Shown here piece by piece: positions 17,434 to 26,945 of a DNA stretch of 64,000 nt. How positions within the stretch are numbered: position 1 is the first letter of the stretch; the number at the start of each line of letters is the position of its first letter. The notes below the pieces were generated by a model. The model ran no database searches and had not been told where the DNA came from. It was given only the letters and a program-made list of their open reading frames with translations. Position numbers and translations under genes: made by a program. Origin of the DNA: an uncultured Chloroflexia bacterium (lineage in GTDB: Bacteria; Chloroflexota; Anaerolineae; Anaerolineales; E44-bin32); the NCBI GenBank assembly GCA_963777165.1, contig CAVZPO010000023.1, positions 558,278-622,277 of the forward strand, written 5' to 3'.

Positions 17434-18486
17434 CTACGTCGTCCAGGGTAGAGGGTCATGCAGATCCCTGCCGGCCACGTAATGCATCCGCTGTTGGATC
17501 TGCCGGCTCAGCGCGCGCTGGATGGCGCTCAGCGGGATCCCTTCCGGACAATGAACCTGGCACATCCCACACCCCGAACACGAAGCCAGACGCTGGCTGG
17601 CACTCAAGAGCGCATGCACAAAGGCATCCTTGCCGCCGGCAAGCGCGGCGCGCAGTTCATCGCTCCACTGTGGGCACGCTTCAACACACTCGCCGCACAG
17701 CGTGCATTTGTTCATGTAGCCGCCGATCACGCCGGGGTAGGCATCGATGAGGCCCAGGCTCTCGAGCTTCGCCTCAGCCGCCTCCTTGCGGCGCTCAGTC
17801 AGCCGCCAAAGCGTGACCTCGCGATCGACCGTCTCCCTCTCAGTCGCCGGCCGGTCCGTGAGCGCCTCCAGGTTCCAGCGCGCATCCTTGGCTTCATCCG
17901 CCAGGACCAACAGCCGCTCCTGATTCGGCACGCCGACCAGACCGATCAGCAGGTCGGCCGCACGGTAATCGGCGGCCGGCCTATCACACAGCTGGCACGC
18001 AAGCCGGCAACCCTCGGCGCGCACCTGTCCCGTCTGTGCCAGCTGAAGTGCCTCCCCCATCAGCCAGTCCGGCCGGCCGGGGTGCGCGGCGTTCCCATTC
18101 GCCCAATACTCCGGCTCGTAGGTCGAAAGGCAATCGACGCCGACGAGGATGAGATTCGTCAGGTCGAGCCTCCCTTGTTTCGCCAATTCGATGGCCGCGC
18201 GGACCTCACATGGACGGAGGACGGCAATCGACGGCCCCGAAGGGCTGTCCCCGAACGCGGTCCGCAGAAGCGCAGCGGCATTGGCCTGCATCAGCGGCAA
18301 CAGTGGGTTGACCCCTGCGAGCTCGCTCACCTGCGTGAGGACGGCAGGGTTCACGTGTCCCGGTTCGGTGGAGACAGGTCCGAGCAGACGACGCGCGGCG
18401 CTGGCCCGCATCAATCCCGCCAGGAACGACTGCAGAACCGTGACGGGGCCGCCCTCCCCAACTTCCAAGACTCGACTCACTAACAT
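17434..18486 (-). CDS. HydB/AsrA/Flx-like iron-sulfur protein (paralog 1)
   Basis: The ATG at 18486 lies 7 nt after AGGAGG. SIAVLRPCEVRAAIEL...ILVGVDCLST and CTLCGECVEACP ... CSGCGMCQVHCP. Same architecture as the downstream neighbour. Confidence 0.55.
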   Translation of the reverse strand: MLVSRVLEVGEGGPVTVLQSFLAGLMRASAARRLLGPVSTEPGHVNPAVLTQVSELAGVNPLLPLMQANAAALLRTAFGDSPSGPSIAVLRPCEVRAAIELAKQGRLDLTNLILVGVDCLSTYEPEYWANGNAAHPGRPDWLMGEALQLAQTGQVRAEGCRLACQLCDRPAADYRAADLLIGLVGVPNQERLLVLADEAKDARWNLEALTDRPATERETVDREVTLWRLTERRKEAAEAKLESLGLIDAYPGVIGGYMNKCTLCGECVEACPQWSDELRAALAGGKDAFVHALLSASQRLASCSGCGMCQVHCPEGIPLSAIQRALSRQIQQRMHYVAGRDLHDPLPWTT

Positions 18487-18564
18487 GGGACCACCTCCTG
18501 GCGCCTGCCTCCTGGGATCAATGCCCGGAAGGGTGACGCCGCCCAGCCCACGCTCCACTCGGCT

Positions 18565-18993
18565 TTAGACCGACCACTCCTGGCGCATTGGCGTCGGGCC
18601 TTTCGCGCGCAGAGCGTCGGTCATTTCTCCGATCGTGTTTGCAAACAACTTGCCCTCACTGGCACTGATCCACCGCAGCCAGACCCGCTCCGAATCGAAG
18701 CCGGCGCCGCCCAGGACTTCCTTGAGCACTGCCGCGCGACGGCGAGCCTTGTAGTTGCCATCTTGATAATGGCAGTCGCCCGGATGGCAGCCGCCGATCA
18801 GGACACCATCGGCACCGTCGGTCAGCGCTTTGATCACATACACCGGATCGACTGCGCCGCTGCACATCATGCGAATGATGCGTACGTTGGGCGGATACTG
18901 GAGGCGGCTTGTCCCGGCCAAGTCCGCTCCCGTGTAGGTGCACCAGTTGCACAGGAACGCCACGATCCTCGGCTCGAACGCTGCATCCATCAT
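18565..18993 (-). CDS. mvhD: MvhD/FlpD-family protein
   Basis: MMDAAFEPRIVAFLCNWCTYTGADLAG, MCSGAVDP and GCHPGDCHY. The upstream 135 codons of the track ORF overlap the HdrA gene and are discounted. Confidence 0.85.
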   Translation of the reverse strand: MMDAAFEPRIVAFLCNWCTYTGADLAGTSRLQYPPNVRIIRMMCSGAVDPVYVIKALTDGADGVLIGGCHPGDCHYQDGNYKARRRAAVLKEVLGGAGFDSERVWLRWISASEGKLFANTIGEMTDALRAKGPTPMRQEWSV

Positions 18994-19049
18994 GGCTATC
19001 TCGCCACCCTTCCTGGCATCGGTCGACCCGCCCTGCCCGCCCTCGGGGC

Positions 19050-20768
19050 TCATCCGGTTTCCCACAGCGCAGCCTCCAGCATCTCCGTCACCTGCCCGAA
19101 CTCGAAGCCCTTCTGCTGGCTCGCCTTGTTGGGGCAGGCCGCCACACACGCACCGCAGCCCTGGCAGAGCACGTCCACGACCTGGGCGCTGGCGTCGCCC
19201 GGCTCCAGCCGCCGCGCGCCGAACGGGCAGATCTGAACGCATATGCCACAAGCCGAGCACAGCCTTGGATTGACAGTGGCGATGATCGGCGTCGCGGCCA
19301 GTTCCTTCCTGGCCAGCAATGCGGCGACCTTGATCGAAGCGGCCTGCGCCTGAGCCAGTGTTTCGTCGATCGAACGCGGGGAATGCGCCAGGCCGCACAG
19401 ATACGTGCCCTCGGCGGCGAAATCGACCGGCCGCAGCTTGACATGCGCCTCGAGAAAGAAACCGTCCTTGGTCAGTGGGACTTTGAGCAGGCGGCTGAGC
19501 GATGCGTTTCCGGGCTCGGCCTCGATCCCGGCGCTGAGCACCACCAGGTCGGCGATGAGTTCGACTGTTTCTTTCCCCGGCTGCGCGACGACGCGCACCT
19601 GCAGCTGCTCCGCTGATCGGCCGGGCACGCCCTCCAGGCGGCTGACCACCGGCGGTTCGACAGGATCGAATTGCAGGAACCGCACCCCGGCCAGGCGCGC
19701 CTGCCGGTACAACCGCTCACGGAAACCGTAGCTCCGCAGGTCTCGGTACAGGATCGTCACCTGCGCCTGCGGTGCCCGTTGCTTGAGTGCCAACGCGTTC
19801 TTCAACGCCTCCGAACAGCACACGCGCGAACAGTACGGGTGCGTTTCGTCGCGTGAGCCCACGCACTGGATCATGACCACCGTGCGCGGGAACGCATCGG
19901 AGGCTTCGTCGACCGGTGTCTGCAGGCGCCCCTCGAACTCACGCTGCGTCATGACGTTGGGGAGCGCTCCGTACCCGTACGCTTCCGGGCGACGTTCGCG
20001 GGCGCCGGTCGCCACGACGGTTGCCCCATGGAGCAGTTCGACGTTCTCCCCGTCGGCACGGCGCACGGTCGTCCGGTAGTTGCCCACGTAGCCTGCCACC
20101 TCGAGGACTTCCGCGCCGGTCAGCACGCTGATCCGCGGCTCGCCCGTCACCCGGGCGAGGGTCTCTTCCAGGAGGCGCTGCGGATCGCCGCCGTCCATCC
20201 CGACGAGGATGTGGCGCAGGTTACCGCCCAGTTCCTGCTCGCGCTCCACCAGTTGGACCGGGAAGCCCTGCGCCGCGATCGCCAGCGCCGCCGTCATCCC
20301 AGCCACCCCTCCGCCAATGACCAGTGCCCGCGGCACGACGGTCACGCTGCCGCACTGGATCGGACGCAGGGTCCGGGCCTTCGAGACCGCCATCGCCACC
20401 AGTTCCTTCGCCTTGCGCGTGGCCACCTCGGGTGATCCGCGATGAACCCACGCATCCTGCTCCCGAATGTTGGCCATCTCGAACAAGTGAGGATTCAGCC
20501 CGGCCTGACGCAGCGTGTCCTGGAACAGTGGCTCGTGTGTCCGTGGGGTGCAGCTCGCCACGACGACGCGGTTCAGCCGGTGCTCGAGGATCGTCGCCGT
20601 GATCTTCTGCTGCGTGTCCTGCGAGCAGGTGTAGATATTGCGTTCGGCATACGCCACCCCCGGCAGGCTTCTGGCGTATTCGACCACCTCGGGGACATCG
20701 ACCACACCCCCGATGTTGATCCCGCAGTGACAAACGAATACGCCGATGCGAGGCGCCTCGTCCGCCAC
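19050..20768 (-). CDS. hdrA: HdrA-family flavoprotein (N-terminal Cys domain + FAD domain + C-terminal 2x[4Fe-4S] ferredoxin; no inserted ferredoxin)
   Basis: A GTG at 20768 lies 6 nt after GGAG and just after the upstream stop (20770-20772). IGVFVCHCGINIGG, VIGGGVAGMTAALA, IQCVGSRD..HPYCSRVCC, CSACGICVQICP and CQGCGACVAACP. Confidence 0.8.
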   Translation of the reverse strand: MADEAPRIGVFVCHCGINIGGVVDVPEVVEYARSLPGVAYAERNIYTCSQDTQQKITATILEHRLNRVVVASCTPRTHEPLFQDTLRQAGLNPHLFEMANIREQDAWVHRGSPEVATRKAKELVAMAVSKARTLRPIQCGSVTVVPRALVIGGGVAGMTAALAIAAQGFPVQLVEREQELGGNLRHILVGMDGGDPQRLLEETLARVTGEPRISVLTGAEVLEVAGYVGNYRTTVRRADGENVELLHGATVVATGARERRPEAYGYGALPNVMTQREFEGRLQTPVDEASDAFPRTVVMIQCVGSRDETHPYCSRVCCSEALKNALALKQRAPQAQVTILYRDLRSYGFRERLYRQARLAGVRFLQFDPVEPPVVSRLEGVPGRSAEQLQVRVVAQPGKETVELIADLVVLSAGIEAEPGNASLSRLLKVPLTKDGFFLEAHVKLRPVDFAAEGTYLCGLAHSPRSIDETLAQAQAASIKVAALLARKELAATPIIATVNPRLCSACGICVQICPFGARRLEPGDASAQVVDVLCQGCGACVAACPNKASQQKGFEFGQVTEMLEAALWETG

Positions 20769-20769
20769 C

Positions 20770-23694
20770 TCACGCTCCGCCGGATACGTTCTCTCCTGCG
20801 TACGAGGTCCCGCGCACCTCGGCCAGCAGCGCCGAGGCCCGCGCCGCAGCACAGCTGGCCTCGATGACGGTCTCGGGGATGTCCTTGGGTTCGCTGAACG
20901 CGCCGGCGACGAACACGCCCGGTCGCGACGTTGCGCCCGGCTGAAATGCCGGCGCCTCCGCAAAGCCGAACTCGTTCAGGCCCACACCCAGGCGATGGGC
21001 AAGGGAGATAGCGGCATCCCCCGGGCGCAGCCCCGTGGACAGAACGACCAGATCGAACTCCTCTTCGTGGGGAACCGGTTTGCCGTCCGCGGCGAAGGTC
21101 GCATAGCTCACGCGCAGATTGCCGGTGCCCGGAACCTCCCGCACGCTGGACACCATGCTGCGGACGTAGCGGACGCCCTGCTCTTTCTCGGCACGCTCGA
21201 TGTACTCGTCGAATCCTTTGCCGAAGGCGCGCAGGTCGATATAGAAGATGGTTGGTTCGATGTTCTGATCGTGCTCGCGCGCGATCACGGCTTCCTTGGT
21301 GGCGTACATGCAGCACACCGACGAGCAGTAGCCCTGACCACAGGAGGAATCACGCGAGCCGACGCACTGGATCCAGGCGACCTTGCGAGGGTGCGCTCCA
21401 TCCGAGGGTCGCTGCACGACCCCGCCGAATGGTCCCGAAGCGCTCAACATCCGTTCGAATTGCAGGCTGGTCAGGACATTGGCGTACCGGCCGAAGCCGA
21501 ACTCGGGCCGAATCGAACCTGGCATCGGCTCGAGGCCCGGCGCCAGCAGGACTGAGCCCACCTCGAGCTCCAGCACCTGTTCGACTTGTTGATGATCGAT
21601 GGCGCCGGCGCGGCAGGCATAGGCGCATTGCAGGCATTCCGAACACACACCGCATTCCAGGCAGCGTGCCGCTTCGGCGACCGCCTGCGCCTCGGAGAGC
21701 ACCGTGCAGACCTCGCCGAAGTCCGACCGGCGTTCGACGGCCGGGCGGCGACTGGGCTCAGCACGCGGGGCAGCCGGTCGCTCTCCCTCCGCCACACGGC
21801 GAACGGCCTCCTCTGGTTCCAGGACTGCGACCGGCGGCTTGACTTCGACTTGGAGGACTGTCTCGCCAAGCAGGAAGCGGTTGATCGAACCAGCCGCCTT
21901 GTGCCCGGCGGCGATGGCGTCGACGACGAAGGTCGTGCCGGTCACCACGTCCCCCCCGGCAAACACTCCGGGCAGCGTCGTCGCAAGCGTCTCCGCATCG
22001 ACCACCGGGAAGCGGCCGCGCACCGTGTCGACCTGTCCCTTCAGACACTCAATATCCGGCCGCTGACCGATGGCGAAGATCACGACATCGGCCGCAATGT
22101 GCTCTTCGGTCTGCGGCAGGATGTCGAAGTCGGGGCGGCCTTCAACGAAACCGCGGAAGTCGACCTGCGCACAGTCCACCCCGGTCACCTGGCCGTCAGC
22201 CTGGGTGATGGCGCTGAAGGTCCTGGAGGCGTAGACCTCGATGCCCTCTTCCTCCGCGTCGCGGACCTCCCAATCGTGCGCCGGCATCTTCTCCCGGCTT
22301 TCGAGGCATGCCATCCCCACCCAGGCCGCACCCAGTCTGCGGGCGCTCATCGCCGCGTCGATGGCGACGTTCCCACCGCCCAGCACCAGCACGCGTTTTT
22401 CGCGCACCCGGCCAGCCGGGTCCGGTTCATGAGACGCAAGGTCCACTCCCGTGTTCGGCCCTGCACTCCGCAAGCTGACCTGGCGTAGGAATTCGGTGGC
22501 CATGGTCACACCCGGCAGATCGGCGCCGGGGATCGGCAGCTTCACGCCCTGGTGCGCGCCCACCGCCACGAAGACGGCGTCGTACCCCTGGCGCAGTAGA
22601 CCAGGTGCATCGTCCACGCGATGGTTCAGGTGCAGCTCGACGCCGTACTGGAGGATCCGCTCGACCTCCGGCTGCAGACGGTCATACGGCATCCGGTATT
22701 CGGGGACACCGACTCGCATCATGCCGCCCGCCACCGGCAGCGCCTCGAAGACCGACACCGCGTGTCCCAGACGAACGAGATCGAGCGCGCACGTCAGTCC
22801 GGCAGGTCCGGCACCGACGATGGCCACGCGGTGTCCGCTGGGTTCGACCGGGGAGGGTTGCCCTGAAGGATCCGCTTCGTGCGTGTCTGTTGCGGTTCGC
22901 CGGTCCCATTGCCAGTCGGCCACGAACCGCTTCAGTCCCATGAGGTTGACCGGCGCGTCGGCCTTCCCACGCGAGCAGGCGTCCTCGCAGCGGTGATTGC
23001 ACACCCGGCCGCAAACGGACGGGAAGGGGTTGTCCTCCAGGATGGTGCGGTAGGCGTCGGCGAAGCGACCGGCGCGGATCAGCGCGACGTAACCCTGGGC
23101 GCGCTGATGGATCGGGCACGCGTCACGGCAGGGCGCCGTCCCTTGCTTCTGGATAGCGAAGGCGTTGGGGATCGCCTGCGGGTAGAGCTTGTAGATTGCA
23201 CGGCGCTGCGACAGATCCTGGTTGAACGCGTCCGGACGTTGAACCGGGCAGGCCGTGGCGCAATCGCCGCACCCCGTGCAAGCGTCCAGCTTAACGTAGC
23301 GCGGATGCTGGCGCAGGGTGACGCGAAAGGCGCCAGCCTGACCCTCGATCGATTCGAGCTCGGCATTCGTCAGGATATGGATGTTGAGGTGTCGTCCCAC
23401 CTCCACCAGCTTGGGCGACATGATGCACATGGCGCAGTCGTTCGTGGGAAACGTTTTGTCCAGCTGCGCCATCGTCCCGCCGATGGCCGGGGAGCGTTCG
23501 ACCAGGTAGACGGCGAGCCCGGCCTCGGCCAGATCGATCGAGGCCTGCATCCCCCCGATGCCGCCCCCAACCACCAGCACCGAACCCACGCGTGGCTCTG
23601 GACGCTCCACGGGAGCAGCTGCCGCCAACGGCGACACTCGCGGCTCGTCCGCCGGCTGAACTCCCGTATCCGAGTGAGCGAACTCCCGCATCAC
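20770..23694 (-). CDS. Large HdrA-like fusion protein with an inserted GltD/NfnB-like NAD(P)H-binding module (HdrL-type)
   Basis: HdrA N-part: VLVVGGGIGGMQASIDLAEAG, TFPTNDCAMCIMSP, CTGCGDCATACP. GltD-like insert: FPSVCGRVCNHRCEDAC, VAIVGAGPAGLTCALDL, VLVLGGGNVAIDAA. HdrA C-part: IQCVGSRDSSCGQGYCSSVCCMYATKEA, IFYIDLRAFGKGFDEY, GAFSEPKDIPETV. Confidence 0.75.
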   Translation of the reverse strand: MMREFAHSDTGVQPADEPRVSPLAAAAPVERPEPRVGSVLVVGGGIGGMQASIDLAEAGLAVYLVERSPAIGGTMAQLDKTFPTNDCAMCIMSPKLVEVGRHLNIHILTNAELESIEGQAGAFRVTLRQHPRYVKLDACTGCGDCATACPVQRPDAFNQDLSQRRAIYKLYPQAIPNAFAIQKQGTAPCRDACPIHQRAQGYVALIRAGRFADAYRTILEDNPFPSVCGRVCNHRCEDACSRGKADAPVNLMGLKRFVADWQWDRRTATDTHEADPSGQPSPVEPSGHRVAIVGAGPAGLTCALDLVRLGHAVSVFEALPVAGGMMRVGVPEYRMPYDRLQPEVERILQYGVELHLNHRVDDAPGLLRQGYDAVFVAVGAHQGVKLPIPGADLPGVTMATEFLRQVSLRSAGPNTGVDLASHEPDPAGRVREKRVLVLGGGNVAIDAAMSARRLGAAWVGMACLESREKMPAHDWEVRDAEEEGIEVYASRTFSAITQADGQVTGVDCAQVDFRGFVEGRPDFDILPQTEEHIAADVVIFAIGQRPDIECLKGQVDTVRGRFPVVDAETLATTLPGVFAGGDVVTGTTFVVDAIAAGHKAAGSINRFLLGETVLQVEVKPPVAVLEPEEAVRRVAEGERPAAPRAEPSRRPAVERRSDFGEVCTVLSEAQAVAEAARCLECGVCSECLQCAYACRAGAIDHQQVEQVLELEVGSVLLAPGLEPMPGSIRPEFGFGRYANVLTSLQFERMLSASGPFGGVVQRPSDGAHPRKVAWIQCVGSRDSSCGQGYCSSVCCMYATKEAVIAREHDQNIEPTIFYIDLRAFGKGFDEYIERAEKEQGVRYVRSMVSSVREVPGTGNLRVSYATFAADGKPVPHEEEFDLVVLSTGLRPGDAAISLAHRLGVGLNEFGFAEAPAFQPGATSRPGVFVAGAFSEPKDIPETVIEASCAAARASALLAEVRGTSYAGENVSGGA

Positions 23695-23746
23695 GCTACC
23701 GCCTCTTCATGAGGCCAGCCCCGCCGCATGCAGCAGCGGGCGCGGG

Positions 23747-24565
23747 TCAATCAGATGCTTCGACCACCACGTTCGCGACTCCTCCAGCCCGAAGGCCAAG
23801 TCCCATCAGTTCACTGATGTAGAAGACCGGCATCCGGCGCTCCGGGCCCGCCTGCCGCATCTCCAAATTGACCTGGCACAGCGGACAGCTGGTCACGATC
23901 GCTTGAGCGCCGGCTTCCCTTGCCCGTCCTGCCAGGCGGCTCACCAAACGGCGGGCAACCTTCGGCTGGGTGAGGGTCAACGCACCCCCACAACATTCCG
24001 TGGCGTTTCCCCATGGGCGCACGTCCGCGCCCAACGCGCCGAGCAGCTCGCCCATCACGACGGGGTGCTCCGGATCGTCGAACTTCGTCACCTCTGGAGG
24101 GCGCACGAGAAGGCACCCGTAGTACGCCACGACCGGGAAACCAGCAAGATCCCGCGTGACACGATCGCGGATTGCTTTCGCACCGACCGCGTCATGCAGC
24201 ACCTCCAGCAGTGCTCGCACGGAGCTCGAACCGCGGTATTCGAACCCCACGGCCTGCTCGAGTTGGCGGCGGCGCTCCGGACTGGACTGCAGCTCGCGTT
24301 CGACCGTCTTGTGGCGGTTGAAGCACGCGGCGCAGGGCATGAGGACGTCATGGCCGGCAGCCTGCGCCAAGGAGAGATTGCGCGCCGGAAGCGTCAGGGA
24401 GAGAGTGCGGCTCCGGCTGTGAGCCGAGGAGGCGCCGCAGCAATTCCAATCTTCCAGTTCGATCAGGCCGATCTTCAGGGCGCGGAAGACAGCCGTGACC
24501 GAGTCGTGGAATTCGCGTCCGGTCGAGTGCAGACTGCATCCGGGATAGTAGGCGTATTCCATCAC
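23747..24565 (-). CDS. hdrB: HdrB-like subunit (two CCG domains), copy 2
   Basis: YYPGCSL, DWNCCGASS, YYGCLL, TECCGG, TSCPLCQVN. Confidence 0.85.
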   Translation of the reverse strand: MMEYAYYPGCSLHSTGREFHDSVTAVFRALKIGLIELEDWNCCGASSAHSRSRTLSLTLPARNLSLAQAAGHDVLMPCAACFNRHKTVERELQSSPERRRQLEQAVGFEYRGSSSVRALLEVLHDAVGAKAIRDRVTRDLAGFPVVAYYGCLLVRPPEVTKFDDPEHPVVMGELLGALGADVRPWGNATECCGGALTLTQPKVARRLVSRLAGRAREAGAQAIVTSCPLCQVNLEMRQAGPERRMPVFYISELMGLGLRAGGVANVVVEASD

Positions 24566-25167
24566 GTGCTCCGACCGTCCGCAGCTGCGCTCTCGTCTGA
24601 TGACGCGGACATCATGGGCTCCCGCGCCTCAAACAACCTGCCGAGCTGCGCCCTGCCCTTGACGAGATGCGGCACGAGCGGGATCTTGCCCTTGATCACC
24701 ATCTGGGCGCCGCTGCCGAGATCGGAGAACAGGTTACCCGTCCATAGTTTGTGGGCGCCCAGGAGCCCGGCCTCGTTCATCCGCCCCAGACGTTCGACCA
24801 GGAACAGGAACAAGCGATGGAATTTGACCGAACCCGAGTCGGCGCTCGGTACGCCCTCCGCCATTGCGATCTGACGCAGGGCGTCGACGACGCGGGCGAT
24901 GTCGATCTCATTCGGGCAGCGCGTGGCGCACGTCTCGCAGCCCGCACACAGCCACAGATCGGCGCTGGAAAGAAGCCGGTCCTTCTGCCCAAGCTGGACC
25001 AGGAGGAGGATTTGATCCGGGCCATAACGCATCTCGGCGGCCGCCGGGCAGCCCGAGGTGCACTTGTGGCAGTGGTAACACAGCTCGACCTGCTGTTCGG
25101 CCAACGCGTTCACCCTCTCCATCAGGGGGACGTCCACCATTGGTCGGCTGTGAACGGCTGTCGTCAT
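24562..25167 (-). CDS. hdrC: HdrC-like subunit (2x[4Fe-4S]), copy 2
   Basis: ATG at 25167 (the upstream HdrA ends at 25200). CYHCHKCTSGCP and CAGCETCATRCP. The stop overlaps the hdrB start (4-nt overlap). Confidence 0.8.
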   Translation of the reverse strand: MTTAVHSRPMVDVPLMERVNALAEQQVELCYHCHKCTSGCPAAAEMRYGPDQILLLVQLGQKDRLLSSADLWLCAGCETCATRCPNEIDIARVVDALRQIAMAEGVPSADSGSVKFHRLFLFLVERLGRMNEAGLLGAHKLWTGNLFSDLGSGAQMVIKGKIPLVPHLVKGRAQLGRLFEAREPMMSASSDESAAADGRST

Positions 25168-25199
25168 TGGCTCCTCATGGCTCCCGGGGATTCCCCGGG

Positions 25200-26915
25200 C
25201 TAGACGACCTCGTCCAGCATCGCCAGCACCTGCGCTGGATGCCAGTTGCGTACGTAACACGCTTTGTTGGGGCAACCCGCCACGCATGCACCACAACTCT
25301 GACACAGGGCGGCGTTCACTGTGGCTACGTGCCGCACCGGATGGATGGACCGGGCCCCGTACGGGCAGATGCCGACGCATGTTGCACACGCGGCGCACAG
25401 GTCTTCGATCACCGCCGCCACCGTCGGCGACTGGGTCATCTCTGAATGGGAGAACAACTGAAGCACCTTGGCGGCTGCGCCGCTGGCCTGCGCCAGCGTC
25501 TCGGGGATATCCCGTGGCCCCTGGCAGGTGCCCGCCAGGAACACCCCGGCGGTCAGCGTCTCAACCGGGCGCAGCTTGGGGTGCGCTTCATTGAAGAATC
25601 CGTTGGCATCCGTGCTGATGTGGAGCGTCTGGCCGAGTTCGGTGGCGCCCGCCGCCGGGACCATCGGAGTCGCCAGAACGACCAGATCGGCGGCGATATC
25701 GATCGCCAGCCCGCTAAGCGTGTCCGAACCGGACACGCGGATCTTGCCCTCGTCCAGACAGACCTCGCTCACCTTCCCGCGCAAGTAGAGAGCGCCATGC
25801 TCCTCGATGGCTCGCCGTACGTACTCCTCGTACCCTTTGCCCGCCGAGCGGATGTCGATGTAGAAGACGTAGGCCTGGCCGTCGGGGACCAGCTGTCGGT
25901 ACTGCATGGCCTGTTTGGCGACGACCATGCAGCAGACCTTCGAGCAATACGGCACGCCGCGTTCCGGGTCCCGCGAGCCGGCACACTGAACGAAGACCAC
26001 CTGGCGGGGCACAGCGCCATCCGACGGACGCCGCAATTCGCCGCCGCGCGATAGCACTCGCTCGAAGTCGAGCGTGCTGATCACATCGGCCAGGAGCCCG
26101 CCTCCGTACTCAGGCAGGCGCGCGGGCTCGTAGGCGTCCCAACCCGTGGCCACGACGATCGCCCCCGCGTCGAGCGAGAACGGCGTAGGCTCATCGCCCT
26201 CCGGCGCAGCGGTGCGGATCTCCACCTGGAAGTTGCCCACATATCCGCTGCATGAGGTGACCTGCGAGCCCGTCAGCACCTGGATCTTCGGGTGGCTCTC
26301 GACTGCGTTCGTCATCGCCTGCAGGCGCTCGAAGCCTCCCGTGAGGTTCACGAAAGTCCCGCTCAACTGGGCCATGCGCCCGCCCAGCCCCGCCTCGCGC
26401 TCGACCAGGACGACCGGGTAGCCGGCGCCGGCGACATCCAGGGCGGCCTGCATGCCGGCGATGCCGCCGCCGATGACCACGCACCGACGGGTCAACGCCA
26501 GGGTCAGCGGCTCGAGCGCTTCATCCAGGTGTACCTTCTCGACAATCGACCGGACGATGTCGGAGGCCTTGGCCGTCGCCGCCGGCATGTCATGCTGATG
26601 CACCCACGACACCTGCTCGCGAATGTTGGCGCTCTCGCACCGGAAGGGATTCATCCCGGCGCTGAGCGCCGTGCGGCGGAAGGTGGTTTCGTGCATCGCC
26701 GGAGAGCAGGCCGCCACCACAATCCCGTCGAGGTGATGGTCGGCGATCGACTGGCGGATCAACTGCTGCCCCGGATCGGAGCACATGTATTTGTAATCGG
26801 CGGCGAAGGCAACTCCCGGATGATGGCGCAGCTCATCAGACAACGCGGCCACATCCACCGCCGAGGCGATGTTGTGGCCGCAATGACAGACGAACACCCC
26901 GATGCGACTGCCCAT
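25200..26915 (-). CDS. HdrA/QmoB-like flavoprotein (N-terminal Cys domain + FAD domain + C-terminal ferredoxin; no inserted ferredoxin)
   Basis: IGVFVCHCGHNIAS, VVIGGGIAGMQAALDVAGAG, VQCAGSRDPERGVPYCSKVCC, VFYIDIRSAGKGYEEY, GPRDIPETLAQASG, CAACATCVGICP, CQSCGACVAGCP. Confidence 0.8.
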   Translation of the reverse strand: MGSRIGVFVCHCGHNIASAVDVAALSDELRHHPGVAFAADYKYMCSDPGQQLIRQSIADHHLDGIVVAACSPAMHETTFRRTALSAGMNPFRCESANIREQVSWVHQHDMPAATAKASDIVRSIVEKVHLDEALEPLTLALTRRCVVIGGGIAGMQAALDVAGAGYPVVLVEREAGLGGRMAQLSGTFVNLTGGFERLQAMTNAVESHPKIQVLTGSQVTSCSGYVGNFQVEIRTAAPEGDEPTPFSLDAGAIVVATGWDAYEPARLPEYGGGLLADVISTLDFERVLSRGGELRRPSDGAVPRQVVFVQCAGSRDPERGVPYCSKVCCMVVAKQAMQYRQLVPDGQAYVFYIDIRSAGKGYEEYVRRAIEEHGALYLRGKVSEVCLDEGKIRVSGSDTLSGLAIDIAADLVVLATPMVPAAGATELGQTLHISTDANGFFNEAHPKLRPVETLTAGVFLAGTCQGPRDIPETLAQASGAAAKVLQLFSHSEMTQSPTVAAVIEDLCAACATCVGICPYGARSIHPVRHVATVNAALCQSCGACVAGCPNKACYVRNWHPAQVLAMLDEVV

Positions 26916-26945
26916 GGAACTCCGTTTAGTCTCCTCGCCCGCCCG

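Noticed and set aside
18994-19398. N-terminal 135 codons of the track ORF containing MvhD.
   Set aside because: They overlap the 3' end of the upstream HdrA gene in another frame. The MvhD family sequence begins at the MM codons at 18993 and 18990, which have a purine-rich RBS.
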